Origin: a virus
Length of the DNA stretch: 64,000 nt
IMG/VR virus record: IMGVR_UViG_3300042569_001787
Coordinates: 1 to 64,000 of that record
Reading direction: 5' to 3' (one strand)
Part shown: positions 28,205 through 37,944 of the stretch, one piece after another
Layout: each line of letters starts with the position of its first letter
How positions within the stretch are numbered: position 1 is the first letter of the stretch
The notes under the pieces: model-generated
Told to the model about the DNA's origin: nothing
Database searches by the model: none
What the model saw: only the letters and a program-made list of their open reading frames with translations
Translations under genes and position numbers: made by a program

Positions 28205-29938
28205 ATGAAAAATTTAATAACAGAACAAGTTGAGAGGGTATGTTTAGAAACTTTCCCAACTAATAAAAATCTATTTACCGCGTGTGCAGCAGGATGTTTT
28301 ACAGATAAAGGGTCGGGGAAAATGTTTGCTAAACAAGCAACTCTAACTGGTGCAAACGCAGGTGTTTACGCTTATAAAGAATCGGTTCAAAACCCTGGAA
28401 CAGTTTATTTCTATAAAGACAATATTGATATCAATACAGGTCTTGGTGGAACTAAGTTAAAAGGTAATGTGACAACACAAGAAGCCGCAGGTCAATGGCC
28501 ATGTAGTTTGTTGACTAATATTATGGCGGCAACTTTAAGTCCTACAATTAAATTAGCGGTTGATGCGTTAAAAGCGGCAACTAACTCTGAAATAGTGCCT
28601 TATCAAGACGTAACAGGCGCTGACACTATGAGTGGTAAATACAAGTTAATGAAACTACAGGACGTACCACAAGTTAAAGACAGAAGTTTATACTTAACAC
28701 CTGACTTGGCGGCAAGACAAGGTGATATCTTTGTATGGGTTTTACAACAAGGGACAGTTCAATATCAAGGCAATAGAGCTAATGAGATTATTAAAGCCAT
28801 GGAAACAAATAGTTGGACAAAAGGTAGATTACCGGCAGAACAAGCGGGAATCGAAATTAACTTGCAAACATCACCAATTGATACCGAAACAAAACAACCT
28901 AAATACGCGGGTGAATTTAAATCGCCATTTTACATGTATAAATTATACAGTGATATGTCACCATCTGAGGTTTTAACTAATATGAAAACTCAAGTTGAAA
29001 AAGCTAAGACAGACTATAGTAAAAATAGTTGTAGAAAAACTATCAACAATTATTATGACATTATGTCTAAGGGTGGTTTGAATATGTCTCAACAAGAGAT
29101 TAACGTTTTCAAACCAACTGTTGCAACATGTATTGCTAATCACAAAACATCTTTTGGTGGTAATATGACAGATAAAATGAATAATATTTGGAACGCAAAA
29201 CCTGTAAACGGATTAACTTTTGAAGTAAAAAGTTCTATCCAACAAAAAGCTCAAAACGAATCTAAAGAAAATAAATTAAAAAATATAATTAGAGAAAATT
29301 TAGTTAGTCTATCTAACTCAAAAAAAAAAGCATTATTAGGTGAACAAAATATTATAACAACAAGATATTCTATTATTAAAGAAAGTGGTAAACCTAAAAA
29401 TAGAACTCAGAAAAAAAAATTAACAGATGAATTAATTTCAGAAACATTTTATTTAAATTCTCAAGGATTTAACAATAAATTAATTAATGAAGAATTTTTA
29501 GACGTTATTAAAGGTTTATTTGGAAATGCTGGTGAAGGTGTATTTAATTATATTAAAGAAAGATTTGCGACATTTATTGTTACTAAATTAACACCAATGG
29601 ACCCTAATGGATGGGCGGCAAACATACTAATTACAGCAGTTGGTAACATTCCAATTGGAGATTATATGACAGGTAAAGTATTTAGTTGTGATTATATAAG
29701 TGATGTTTTATCTAAGTCAGTTGCTGAAGGAGCATTAAGAAAAGTACAATACGAGAAAGCAATGGGGGGACCATTATATGACATATTAAGAAATGCGATT
29801 GTTGAAACGTTAGAAGATACAAAATTTGGTTCGGCAATTGAAAACGCAATTGGTGATTTGGTTTGTCCTTTATTAGGAGGAATTAAAGAAAAAATGAATT
29901 TAGCGTCAGACGCTATAAAAGATAAAGCACTAAGTTAA
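28205..29938 (+). CDS. putative virion protein
   Basis: LITEQ, IIREN, IIKES, LINEE tags. Confidence 0.65.
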   Translation: MKNLITEQVERVCLETFPTNKNLFTACAAGCFTDKGSGKMFAKQATLTGANAGVYAYKESVQNPGTVYFYKDNIDINTGLGGTKLKGNVTTQEAAGQWPCSLLTNIMAATLSPTIKLAVDALKAATNSEIVPYQDVTGADTMSGKYKLMKLQDVPQVKDRSLYLTPDLAARQGDIFVWVLQQGTVQYQGNRANEIIKAMETNSWTKGRLPAEQAGIEINLQTSPIDTETKQPKYAGEFKSPFYMYKLYSDMSPSEVLTNMKTQVEKAKTDYSKNSCRKTINNYYDIMSKGGLNMSQQEINVFKPTVATCIANHKTSFGGNMTDKMNNIWNAKPVNGLTFEVKSSIQQKAQNESKENKLKNIIRENLVSLSNSKKKALLGEQNIITTRYSIIKESGKPKNRTQKKKLTDELISETFYLNSQGFNNKLINEEFLDVIKGLFGNAGEGVFNYIKERFATFIVTKLTPMDPNGWAANILITAVGNIPIGDYMTGKVFSCDYISDVLSKSVAEGALRKVQYEKAMGGPLYDILRNAIVETLEDTKFGSAIENAIGDLVCPLLGGIKEKMNLASDAIKDKALS

Positions 29939-30018
29939 TTAGTCTTTAACTAACCTTCGGAATAAATTCCGAAAGGGATAAACCATCTAAAAGAAAGGGG
30001 GGATGTTCCAAATCTAAC

Positions 30019-30052
30019 AAAGAGGTGTCGTGAGACACCTTTTTGTTTTTTT
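30019..30052 (+). terminator. intrinsic terminator
   Basis: AGGTGTC-gtga-GACACCT followed by T-run. Confidence 0.8.
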
Positions 30053-30160
30053 CATATTATTGATTTAAAAATAATTCTACGGTATACTTATAGTAAGAAT
30101 TATAATTAAATGAATAATCTCTATTGATTGTGATGATAAAATATTTACAATTATTTACTA

Positions 30161-30862
30161 ATGGAGAATAATGAAAAATACGACTTTTGTATTGTTATTA
30201 CAACATATGAAAGAGAAGATATGTTAAAACAATTATTGGAAGATATTTTTAAATACACCGAATATAAAATGTATGTGGTCGTGTTTGATGATGGGAGTAA
30301 GAGAACTTACGATTTAAGCAAATACGATGTAAAATATATTAAATACGTAAAAAATAATGGGTTAAAAAATCTTTGGAGAGTGATAAATGATGCCTTTAAA
30401 TTTATCGGAAAAATAGACGCAAAATATTACTTTTATTTACAAGATGATTTAAGATTAAAAGAAAATTTTTTTGAAGAAAGTATTAGGATTTTTGAAAAAA
30501 TTGATGATGATAAAAAAATTTGTTTGGAATTAAGAACGGACCAAAGAACTACAAGACCCAATTGGACAGCAATTGAACCAAAAATTATTGATGAATATAT
30601 ACATACTCAATGGGTTGAGCTAGATTTTATATGTAAATACAATTTTTTTGAGGCCCTTAATTTTAAAATAAACCCAATACCTATGTCAAGATGGGATAAA
30701 AATCCGCATATTAGTAGTGGTGTTGGACAACAGATTAGTGTTAGATTATCTGAAAAAGGGTTAAATATGTATCACGTTATTAATACCTTGACAACTCACG
30801 GTGACCACGAATCTGTATTATTACCCGAACTTAGAAAAAATGAAAAATTACTCGCAATATAA
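30161..30862 (+). CDS. GT2-family glycosyltransferase
   Basis: IVITTYER, VFDDGS, LQDD. Confidence 0.85.
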   Translation: MENNEKYDFCIVITTYEREDMLKQLLEDIFKYTEYKMYVVVFDDGSKRTYDLSKYDVKYIKYVKNNGLKNLWRVINDAFKFIGKIDAKYYFYLQDDLRLKENFFEESIRIFEKIDDDKKICLELRTDQRTTRPNWTAIEPKIIDEYIHTQWVELDFICKYNFFEALNFKINPIPMSRWDKNPHISSGVGQQISVRLSEKGLNMYHVINTLTTHGDHESVLLPELRKNEKLLAI

Positions 30863-31449
30863 TGAATATAAAAACTTATATAATAAACCTTGAACGAAGA
30901 ACGGATAGGTTAAACGAATTAAAAATACCCTTTAACTACGAATTTTTTGTTGCGACAGATGGTATAAAAGTGTTTGATAGTGATGTTTACAGTAGAAAAG
31001 AATTGGCTCACTTAGGTTGTAAAGATAGTCATAAACGATTATTGTCTAAAATATATGATGATGGGTTAGAACACTGTTTAGTTTTTGAAGATGATGTTGA
31101 ATTGTGTGAAAATTTTGAAGTTAAATTAAATGAAATAATTGAAGAACTACCAAAAGATTGGGATATAGTTTATTTAGGAGGATGGAACCTTGGAGATAAG
31201 AAACCATACTCAACTAAATTAGATATTGCCGAAAAAATTTACACTACCCATTCTTATCTAATAAGACGTAAATTTATTCCAAAATTACTTGAAGAACTTG
31301 ATACTAATGAATGTGAAAAAGTTGATGTTGTTTTTAGTGTTTTACAAGAACAAAATAAATGTTTTATTACGTCACCTATTTTGTGTTGGCAAAGGGAAGG
31401 ATTTAGTGATATTCAAAATAAAATAACTAATAATATACATTTATTATGA
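30862..31449 (+). CDS. GT25-family glycosyltransferase
   Basis: YIINLERRTDR, GCKDSH, LVFEDDV, YLGG. Confidence 0.9.
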   Translation: MNIKTYIINLERRTDRLNELKIPFNYEFFVATDGIKVFDSDVYSRKELAHLGCKDSHKRLLSKIYDDGLEHCLVFEDDVELCENFEVKLNEIIEELPKDWDIVYLGGWNLGDKKPYSTKLDIAEKIYTTHSYLIRRKFIPKLLEELDTNECEKVDVVFSVLQEQNKCFITSPILCWQREGFSDIQNKITNNIHLL

Positions 31450-32057
31450 TAATAACCTTTTATAATGCTAAGATAAACCAATCAGTGGTTACAAACCAAA
31501 AGAGAGTTTTTGAACATTTTAATATCGAATTAAATCAAATTGAATGCGGTCAATGGATTGGTCACGGAAAAGTAATAGATAAATATCTTAGAGAATGTAA
31601 TCAAGATTGGGAATATCTGATATTATTTGATATTGACAGTATACCCCTCAATGAAAAAATAATACCTGAAACTATTGAATGGATTAAGAATAACCACGGA
31701 TTATTTTCTGTTGCACAAAAAGCTAGTCATATTAAAGATTCTATAGTTTATGCGGGTCCTTGTTTTTTAGGGTTTAGTAGAGAAACCTACGAATTAATGG
31801 GCCGACCATCTTTTGACAAAACGTATCGTTCAGATTGTGCTGGTGAACTAACTTATTTTGCAATTGATAAAGGATTTGAAGTTAAATTAATGTACCCATC
31901 AAGTGTTGAGGAACCAAGGTGGGATTTAGAAGATGGTGTTAAATTTGGGTTTGGTACTACTTATGAAAACAATATTTACCACTCGTTTGAATCACGATTT
32001 CACAATATTGATATGTTTATAAATAAATGTGAAAAAGTTTTGAATAATAATGGATAA
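31446..32057 (+). CDS. GT-A-fold glycosyltransferase-like protein
   Basis: LFDIDSIP DxD motif; in GT cluster. Confidence 0.6.
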   Translation: MIITFYNAKINQSVVTNQKRVFEHFNIELNQIECGQWIGHGKVIDKYLRECNQDWEYLILFDIDSIPLNEKIIPETIEWIKNNHGLFSVAQKASHIKDSIVYAGPCFLGFSRETYELMGRPSFDKTYRSDCAGELTYFAIDKGFEVKLMYPSSVEEPRWDLEDGVKFGFGTTYENNIYHSFESRFHNIDMFINKCEKVLNNNG

Positions 32058-33786
32058 GATAATTTATAATATCGCCAGTTATAAAAGAGGTGATACGTTA
32101 ATTAATACAATACAATCAATTTATAATCAATGTGATATTATCAACGTTGCCCTTAATGATTATGATGAAATACCTGTTGAATTATACGATAAAAAAATAA
32201 ATTTGTTTATTACGGATAATGACAGAGGGGATGCGTATAAATTTTATAAATTAATGGATTCTGATGGTTATTATTTTACAATAGATGACGATTTGATTTA
32301 CCCTGAAAACTATACTAAATATATGGTTGACAAGGTTAATCAATATAATAGGAAGTCGATTATTACTTTACACGCACGAACTTTTAACTCATTCCCCATT
32401 AATAGTTATTATAATAGTAAATCATCTGTTTATCATTTTAAAAAATCATTGGATAAAGACCGTAAAGTACAATTTGGTGGTACTGGAGTAATGTGTTTTC
32501 ACACTGATTTATTTAAAGTTCCTATTGAGTATTTTGATAAACCAAATATGGCAGATGTGTGGGTTGGTAAATACGCTAAAGAAAATAATATTGAAATTAC
32601 ATGTGTAGAACATAATGGAGGGTTTGTTAAACAACAAGATATTGATAGTAGTATATACAAAACTGGTTTGAAAAATGATGATATACAAACAAAATTAACT
32701 AACGAGTGTTATATAGATAAGGAAATTTCAATGAAATTAGTAATAGTATCAACGTTTTGGAATTCCGAAAAATTTGTTTCGGATTGTATTAAATCTTTAA
32801 AAAACCAATATTACACAAATTTTGTGTCATATATGATTGATGATATGTCGACCGACAAATCATATGATGTTGCCAAAAAAGAAATTGGTGATGATGAACG
32901 TTTTATTCTTATAAAAAACACAGAAAAAAAATATAAAACCAAAAATTTTATAGATGTTATTCGTAATAACAAAAATATTGATTCGAACGATGTTATTATT
33001 GAATTGGATGGGGATGACCAATTAATTGATAATTTTGTGTTAGGTTTAATTAATAAAATTTACACTGACCCTAATATTTGGATTTGTGGTTCTAAATGGA
33101 GAGATAAAAAGGGTGGCACCATGAAGTATGGTAGAGCAAATGCGGATAACCCTAGACGTACTAGTTGGAACTTTTCTCACATGAGAACTTATCGAGCATT
33201 TTTATTCAGAATGATAAAAGATGCTGATTTAAGATACAATGGGCAATATTTTAAAGCGGCAGTAGATTTAGGCATTGGGATACCTATGTTAGAAATGTCA
33301 GGTAATGAACATTATTATTTCTTAGATGAGGTAACCTATCTTTACACATGGCACAACCATCAATCCTATTCTAAAAATAGTTCTTTTGGAGATTCTAAAT
33401 TACAAGGTCTTACCGCAAAACATATATACCAATTACCTGTTTATAAAAAATTAATTATCGAGAAAGGTTACGATGAGATAAAAATTAATGTTGAAAACGT
33501 CCCGACATCAAAAGAGTTAATTAATAATTTATTAACTGATAAACCACTCAGCCCAAAGGTGTCTTCATTTAACTATGACTTAATTAATCAAATTATTCTT
33601 AACAAAAACGTGTATAACCCCAAAAATCATATTAAACCTATTAGGGAGAATATTCCGTTAGACAGGAACAAATTAATTGAGATTAAAAAAGGTTCCATTG
33701 CCGACGAAGCAAGAAAGTCCTTAACAAAAACATTTAATAAGGTAAATAAGACGCCAAATATTTTTGGAGGTAAAAAAAGAATGTAA
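32050..33786 (+). CDS. tandem double GT2-like glycosyltransferase
   Basis: FTIDDDLIYP in domain 1; IDDMSTD and ELDGDD in domain 2. Confidence 0.85.
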   Translation: MDKIIYNIASYKRGDTLINTIQSIYNQCDIINVALNDYDEIPVELYDKKINLFITDNDRGDAYKFYKLMDSDGYYFTIDDDLIYPENYTKYMVDKVNQYNRKSIITLHARTFNSFPINSYYNSKSSVYHFKKSLDKDRKVQFGGTGVMCFHTDLFKVPIEYFDKPNMADVWVGKYAKENNIEITCVEHNGGFVKQQDIDSSIYKTGLKNDDIQTKLTNECYIDKEISMKLVIVSTFWNSEKFVSDCIKSLKNQYYTNFVSYMIDDMSTDKSYDVAKKEIGDDERFILIKNTEKKYKTKNFIDVIRNNKNIDSNDVIIELDGDDQLIDNFVLGLINKIYTDPNIWICGSKWRDKKGGTMKYGRANADNPRRTSWNFSHMRTYRAFLFRMIKDADLRYNGQYFKAAVDLGIGIPMLEMSGNEHYYFLDEVTYLYTWHNHQSYSKNSSFGDSKLQGLTAKHIYQLPVYKKLIIEKGYDEIKINVENVPTSKELINNLLTDKPLSPKVSSFNYDLINQIILNKNVYNPKNHIKPIRENIPLDRNKLIEIKKGSIADEARKSLTKTFNKVNKTPNIFGGKKRM

Positions 33787-33851
33787 TCCCTTTTTGACTA
33801 TTTTATAATTTATATTATCTTTATACTATAAATTAAAAAGATTTAACTTAC

Positions 33852-33925
33852 GGCTTCGTAGCTCAATTGGACAGAGCAACACACTTCTAATGTGTAGGTT
33901 ACTGGTTCGAATCCAGTCGAGGTCA
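33852..33925 (+). tRNA. tRNA-Arg(UCU)
   Basis: GGCTTCG/CGAGGTC acceptor, TTCTAAT loop, GGTTCGAATCC. Confidence 0.95.
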
Positions 33926-33939
33926 CTAAAATTTATTAT

Positions 33940-34191
33940 ATGGGAAGACATGACAATATCTTAGAACAAGAACACAACGAGTTTGTTAATAGCGAACTAT
34001 TTTGTCAAATGATTACGGAAAAAATAGAAAATTCACATTTTCATAAATATGATGGTATAACACCTGAAGGGTTTTTACTTATACCCGAACAAACCTTAGA
34101 AAGGTTGAAAGATTTTGAAACTTGGAAAGAGTGGAAAAATAATCCATCAATTTTAAAAAAAATGATGATTGACGATTTAAAAAATGAATAA
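33940..34191 (+). CDS. hypothetical protein
   Basis: 83-aa ORF. Confidence 0.6.
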   Translation: MGRHDNILEQEHNEFVNSELFCQMITEKIENSHFHKYDGITPEGFLLIPEQTLERLKDFETWKEWKNNPSILKKMMIDDLKNE

Positions 34192-34229
34192 TTTTTTTGT
34201 AGATTAAAAAAAAATAGTACATTTGTGGT

Positions 34230-34937
34230 ATGAAATATTCAGCACTTAAAGACATCGTTTATATTGGTTTGATGGTTTTTGTTATCGGAGGAACCAATGA
34301 GTATTTGGAAAAATACGACTATAGTTATGACAAAGTAATGGGTTCTTTGGAGTCTGAGGCAAAAAGACTTGACAAAGTTTACGGTTATGACAAGAACTAT
34401 TCAAAAGAAGAAGAGGTTAAAATTACTGATTCAAAACAACCATCTTCAACTGAAGTTAGTTCTGACCGAGTAATCAACATCCACGGTTTTGGTAAATATA
34501 CTCAAAGTGACCTTTATACAATCAAAGAAGGTGTTGAAAACTTCTACGGTATCCGTTGTGTCATCTCTGAAAGTGTTGAGTCAGATGATTTTTACTATGA
34601 CAATAACACTAACGTATTATTAGCGTACAAAGTATTAACATTATCTGTTGGTAAATCAAATATGAATATGTATGTTACTGACGAACCATTATGTAATGAA
34701 AATTCTAATGATTTGATTAGTGGACACGCAAGAATTAATTGTGACGGCTCTGTTATCAGTACTAAAGAAATGAGAAACAACAATCACTATAATAATACTA
34801 GTTTAGTTCATACTGCGGTACACGAATTAGGACATAACTTTGGGTTATCTCACTGTAATAACCAATCTTGTATCATGAAATCTCACGGTTTAGACACTAA
34901 AGAGTTCTGTAATGAGTGTAAATTAAAAATTAATTAG
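34230..34937 (+). CDS. membrane-anchored archaemetzincin-like (M54) zinc protease
   Basis: HELGHNFGLSHC...CIM...C..C. Confidence 0.8.
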   Translation: MKYSALKDIVYIGLMVFVIGGTNEYLEKYDYSYDKVMGSLESEAKRLDKVYGYDKNYSKEEEVKITDSKQPSSTEVSSDRVINIHGFGKYTQSDLYTIKEGVENFYGIRCVISESVESDDFYYDNNTNVLLAYKVLTLSVGKSNMNMYVTDEPLCNENSNDLISGHARINCDGSVISTKEMRNNNHYNNTSLVHTAVHELGHNFGLSHCNNQSCIMKSHGLDTKEFCNECKLKIN

Positions 34938-34962
34938 TGATAATTTTTTTACATCAATAAAC

Positions 34963-34992
34963 AAAAAAAGGGGGATAATTCCCCCTTTTTTC
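34963..34992. terminator. bidirectional terminator
   Basis: AAAAAAAGGGGGA-taat-TCCCCCTTTTTT. Confidence 0.85.
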
Positions 34993-35012
34993 TTTGATTT
35001 GGTATTTATCAA

Positions 35013-35177
35013 CTATTTCTTTTTAGAAATAATTGACCACACACCACCTACAAGTGTAACCGCTGCTCCGATAAGTTCTTGTACTGATGAATCAGTTGCA
35101 AGACCTTTCATAATCAGGATACCACCTACAAAAGTAAGTGCGTGTCTAACGATACCTTGGATTTGTTCTTTAGTCAT
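35013..35177 (-). CDS. 54-aa 2-TM holin-like protein (not in ORF track)
   Basis: MTKEQIQGIVRHALTFVGGILIMKGLATDSSVQELIGAAVTLVGGVWSIISKKK; TATTTAT upstream. Confidence 0.75.
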   Translation of the reverse strand: MTKEQIQGIVRHALTFVGGILIMKGLATDSSVQELIGAAVTLVGGVWSIISKKK

Positions 35178-35234
35178 TTTTAATGTTGATTAAAGGTTTA
35201 TGCCAGACTATAAATATCAAAAAAATAGTAAAAC

Positions 35235-35270
35235 AGTCTTTTGGTCTAATGGTAGGACCCGTGGTTTTGG
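35235..35270 (+). pseudogene. 5' half of a tRNA-Gln(UUG)-like gene
   Basis: AGTCTTT TG GTCTAATGGTAGGAC C CGTGG TTTTGG, with no 3' arm or T-loop. Confidence 0.5.
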
Positions 35271-35356
35271 GTTAAAAGATAAAAATTTTAATTTATTAGT
35301 TTAATATTTTTCGCACAAGTAGACTCCGATTACAAAATTTTTTGTATCTTTACAAT

Positions 35357-35851
35357 ATGAAAGACTCACTACCATATTGTAATACAGAAAAAGCGATTAA
35401 AGGTTATGAAGAATCCCAAATTGCGAAAAATGAAAAAAATGATTGTGTTGTAAGAGCATTCGCATCTTGTTTTGATGTGTCTTACAATTATGCTCACGGA
35501 TACGTTAGAGATAACTTTGGTCGTAATAACCGTCAAGGAACTTATGGTACTGTAAATAAAATGACCAAACTTGCGGAGAATAGAACTCAAATAAATTACA
35601 AAAAAGTTAAATGTGTTGGTAAATTAAACAATTACAATAGACGCACATTAGAATATACCGTTAACGTAAAGGGTGAAAAGGTTAACCGTAAAATGACTGT
35701 TGGTACTTTTACAAAACAAAACCCTGTTGGGACATTTTTTATGTTAGTTAGTCGTCACGCTTTCACAATTAAAGATGGTGTTGTGATTGGTAACTATGAA
35801 GATTCAACCAAGAAAAAACGTATATTGTTTTATGCGTTTGAAGTAAAATAA
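35357..35851 (+). CDS. papain-fold (C39-like) hypothetical protein
   Basis: NDCVVRA...HAFTIKDG; start revised to ATG 4 nt after TATCTTTA. Confidence 0.6.
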   Translation: MKDSLPYCNTEKAIKGYEESQIAKNEKNDCVVRAFASCFDVSYNYAHGYVRDNFGRNNRQGTYGTVNKMTKLAENRTQINYKKVKCVGKLNNYNRRTLEYTVNVKGEKVNRKMTVGTFTKQNPVGTFFMLVSRHAFTIKDGVVIGNYEDSTKKKRILFYAFEVK

Positions 35852-35908
35852 TAAAAAATATTTTACAAATTGTTTGGCAAATCAAAAGTGATTATATATC
35901 TTTGTGAT

Positions 35909-36109
35909 ATGGAAATAACAATTAACATACCCAATAGTGTTCTTAATAGAATGAAAGAACTCAAAATTACAGACGAAAATATTCAAAAAGAAATGGTAAT
36001 TGATTTTATCAACGACTCTTTGGACTCACATTACGCCAACGGAATGTTTGATAAATTCAGAAAATGGACATTAAAAAATGATAATTTTGAAGTTTATTTG
36101 GTAGATTAA
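35909..36109 (+). CDS. hypothetical protein (start revised)
   Basis: ATG 4 nt after TATCTTTG. Confidence 0.55.
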   Translation: MEITINIPNSVLNRMKELKITDENIQKEMVIDFINDSLDSHYANGMFDKFRKWTLKNDNFEVYLVD

Positions 36110-36201
36110 AAAAAGTTTGTATCTTTGTAAGGCAAACAACGGGGGTAGGAAGTGAGAGGTTGATGTCCTACTCCCGTAAAGAAAGAAGAAGTTCATTGAC
36201 A
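36096..36201 (+). promoter_or_regulatory. Bacteroidota sigmaA-type promoter, hairpin and boxA-like element of tRNA operon
   Basis: TTTGG (~36096), TATCTTTG (36120-36127), ACGGGGGTAGGA..TCCTACTCCCGT, GTTCATTGACA (36191). Confidence 0.7.
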
Positions 36202-36308
36202 TTAAAATATTGTGGTGGTAAGAAACGGGAAACTTGTAAAGTACATTAACCTGTTGACATAAGATGGTGAAACGAGAGTGTGTGTCAGCTACTTAACTGC
36301 AAATAAAT

Positions 36309-36382
36309 GGTAACTATAGCTCAGTTGGTAGAGCAAAGGTTTGTGGTACCTTGTGCCATGGGTTCAATTCCCATTAGTTACC
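36309..36382 (+). tRNA. tRNA-His(GUG) with encoded G-1
   Basis: AAGGT-TTGTGGT-ACCTT anticodon arm. Confidence 0.95.
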
Positions 36383-36394
36383 CAAAAAAAATAT

Positions 36395-36468
36395 AGTTAA
36401 TTAGCTCAGTTGGTTAGAGCAATTCCCTGATACGGAATAGGTCATTGGTTCGAGTCCAATATTAACTA
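36395..36468 (+). tRNA. tRNA-Ile(GAU)
   Basis: ATTCC-CTGATAC-GGAAT. Confidence 0.95.
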
Positions 36469-36473
36469 CATAT

Positions 36474-36546
36474 CGCGGGATGTGGAAATTGGTCATCCGC
36501 TCGGTCTCATAAGCCGAGATTACAGGTTCGAGCCCTGTTCCCGCAA
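36474..36546 (+). tRNA. tRNA-Met(CAU), initiator type
   Basis: C1xA72 mismatch (CGCGGGA/TCCCGCA); CTCATAA loop. Confidence 0.92.
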
Positions 36547-36621
36547 CAACAAAAGGGTAGAATATTCGTAAGGGCCTTTCCTGAAAGATGGCTAGCTAGG
36601 CCCGTGTCTACCCTGATTTTT

Positions 36622-36693
36622 GGTCCCATCGACTATCGGTTAGGTCGTCAGGTTTTCATCCTGGAAAGTCGGGTTCGATTCCCGGTGGGACTA
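36622..36693 (+). tRNA. tRNA-Glu(UUC)
   Basis: TCAGG-TTTTCAT-CCTGG. Confidence 0.95.
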
Positions 36694-36806
36694 CTATAGC
36701 CAACCAAGCTTTACTACGATAAGGGTTCATACCTTGACTTTACTAAATAAACGCTTAATAGAACAAAGTACAAGTTCAGAGTGAGGAGCGGGTCTCACAA
36801 ACTTTT

Positions 36807-36879
36807 GGTCCCGTGGTTGAATGGTTACAATTCCACCCTGTCACGGTGCGAGATACGGGTTCGAATCCCGTCGGGACCG
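36807..36879 (+). tRNA. tRNA-Asp(GUC)
   Basis: CACC-CTGTCAC-GGTG; GGTCCCG/CGGGACC acceptor. Confidence 0.95.
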
Positions 36880-36902
36880 CAAAATAATGAATAATAACTA
36901 TT

Positions 36903-37058
36903 ATGAAAAAATTTAGATTGCCACGAAAGATTAAAAAAAAATTAAAAAATAATTTATACACCTATCCAAAAAGTGAAAGAAATACTTACTTAATTGCTTG
37001 GCCATATAAATACGAAAAAGATTATATTGCATACAAAAAAGGATTGTTAAGAAGTTAG
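36903..37058 (+). CDS. 51-aa basic protein (not in ORF track)
   Basis: MKKFRLPRKIKKKLKNNLYTYPKSERNTYLIAWPYKYEKDYIAYKKGLLRS. Confidence 0.55.
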   Translation: MKKFRLPRKIKKKLKNNLYTYPKSERNTYLIAWPYKYEKDYIAYKKGLLRS

Positions 37059-37139
37059 CGATAATAATCAGAACCCTTGGTAGTTTTGTTTTTTAATAAA
37101 AAAATAGTATCTTTGTACCTTAATTAAAAATAATGTGTA

Positions 37140-37649
37140 ATGAATATATTTTTTTTAGACGAGAATCCTACATTATCAGCTCAATATCATGTTGACAAAC
37201 ACGTAGTTAAAATGATTTTGGAAACCGCTCAGTTATTGTGTGGTGTTCATCACATGACCGTACATGATAAAATACATGATACCGGCCAAGTACCGTACAA
37301 GTTATCACATAAAAACCACCCATGTTCTATTTGGTGTCGCGAGTCATTATCAAATTATTTGTATTTGTGTGAGTTGGGTTTGGAATTAAGTAAAGAATAC
37401 ACTTACCGATACGGTAAACGACATAAATCTCAAGATGTAATTGAATGGTGTTTGATTAATAAACCAAACATCCCTGATATTGAATTTACAGACCCAGCTA
37501 AGGCGATGCCTGATGAGTTTAAAGTTGATTCTGTTGTAGAATCTTACAGAAATTATTACATGGGGGCTAAATCTAATTTAGCAGCTTGGAAAAACAGAGA
37601 AAAACCTTTTTGGTTTGAAAAAAAAGAATTAACTTTGGAATATGATTAA
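37140..37649 (+). CDS. pyrimidine-dimer DNA glycosylase (DenV-related) family protein
   Basis: MNIFFLD...DKHVVKMILETAQLL...HKNHPCSIW...EYTYRYGKRH. Confidence 0.85.
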   Translation: MNIFFLDENPTLSAQYHVDKHVVKMILETAQLLCGVHHMTVHDKIHDTGQVPYKLSHKNHPCSIWCRESLSNYLYLCELGLELSKEYTYRYGKRHKSQDVIEWCLINKPNIPDIEFTDPAKAMPDEFKVDSVVESYRNYYMGAKSNLAAWKNREKPFWFEKKELTLEYD

Positions 37650-37666
37650 AATACGGTTGTAAGATA

Positions 37667-37882
37667 ATGGCTTGTAAAGAATGTCCTTGGGTTATAAGGA
37701 ATAAACATAATGACATGATTGTGGAGTTTTCCAAAAAAATGGATAAACCCCACAACTGTCATATAAAAAACGGAGGAAAAAACCTTTGGAGTACAACAGA
37801 AAAAAATAAATGTGATGGAAGAAAAGAATACGAAGAAAGTATTATACAGGATTTAACCACCGATAAATTTAAAAAACTATAA
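37667..37882 (+). CDS. small Cys-rich protein
   Basis: CKECPW...CH...C. Confidence 0.6.
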   Translation: MACKECPWVIRNKHNDMIVEFSKKMDKPHNCHIKNGGKNLWSTTEKNKCDGRKEYEESIIQDLTTDKFKKL

Positions 37883-37944
37883 AACACGACTTAAAATCGT
37901 GTTTTTTTGGTTATCATAATATTTATTATAAAAATATATTATTT

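Noticed and set aside
36251-36273. Hammerhead ribozyme (CTGTTGA...GAAAC)
   Set aside because: Core deviates from CUGANGA and stems I/III could not be built
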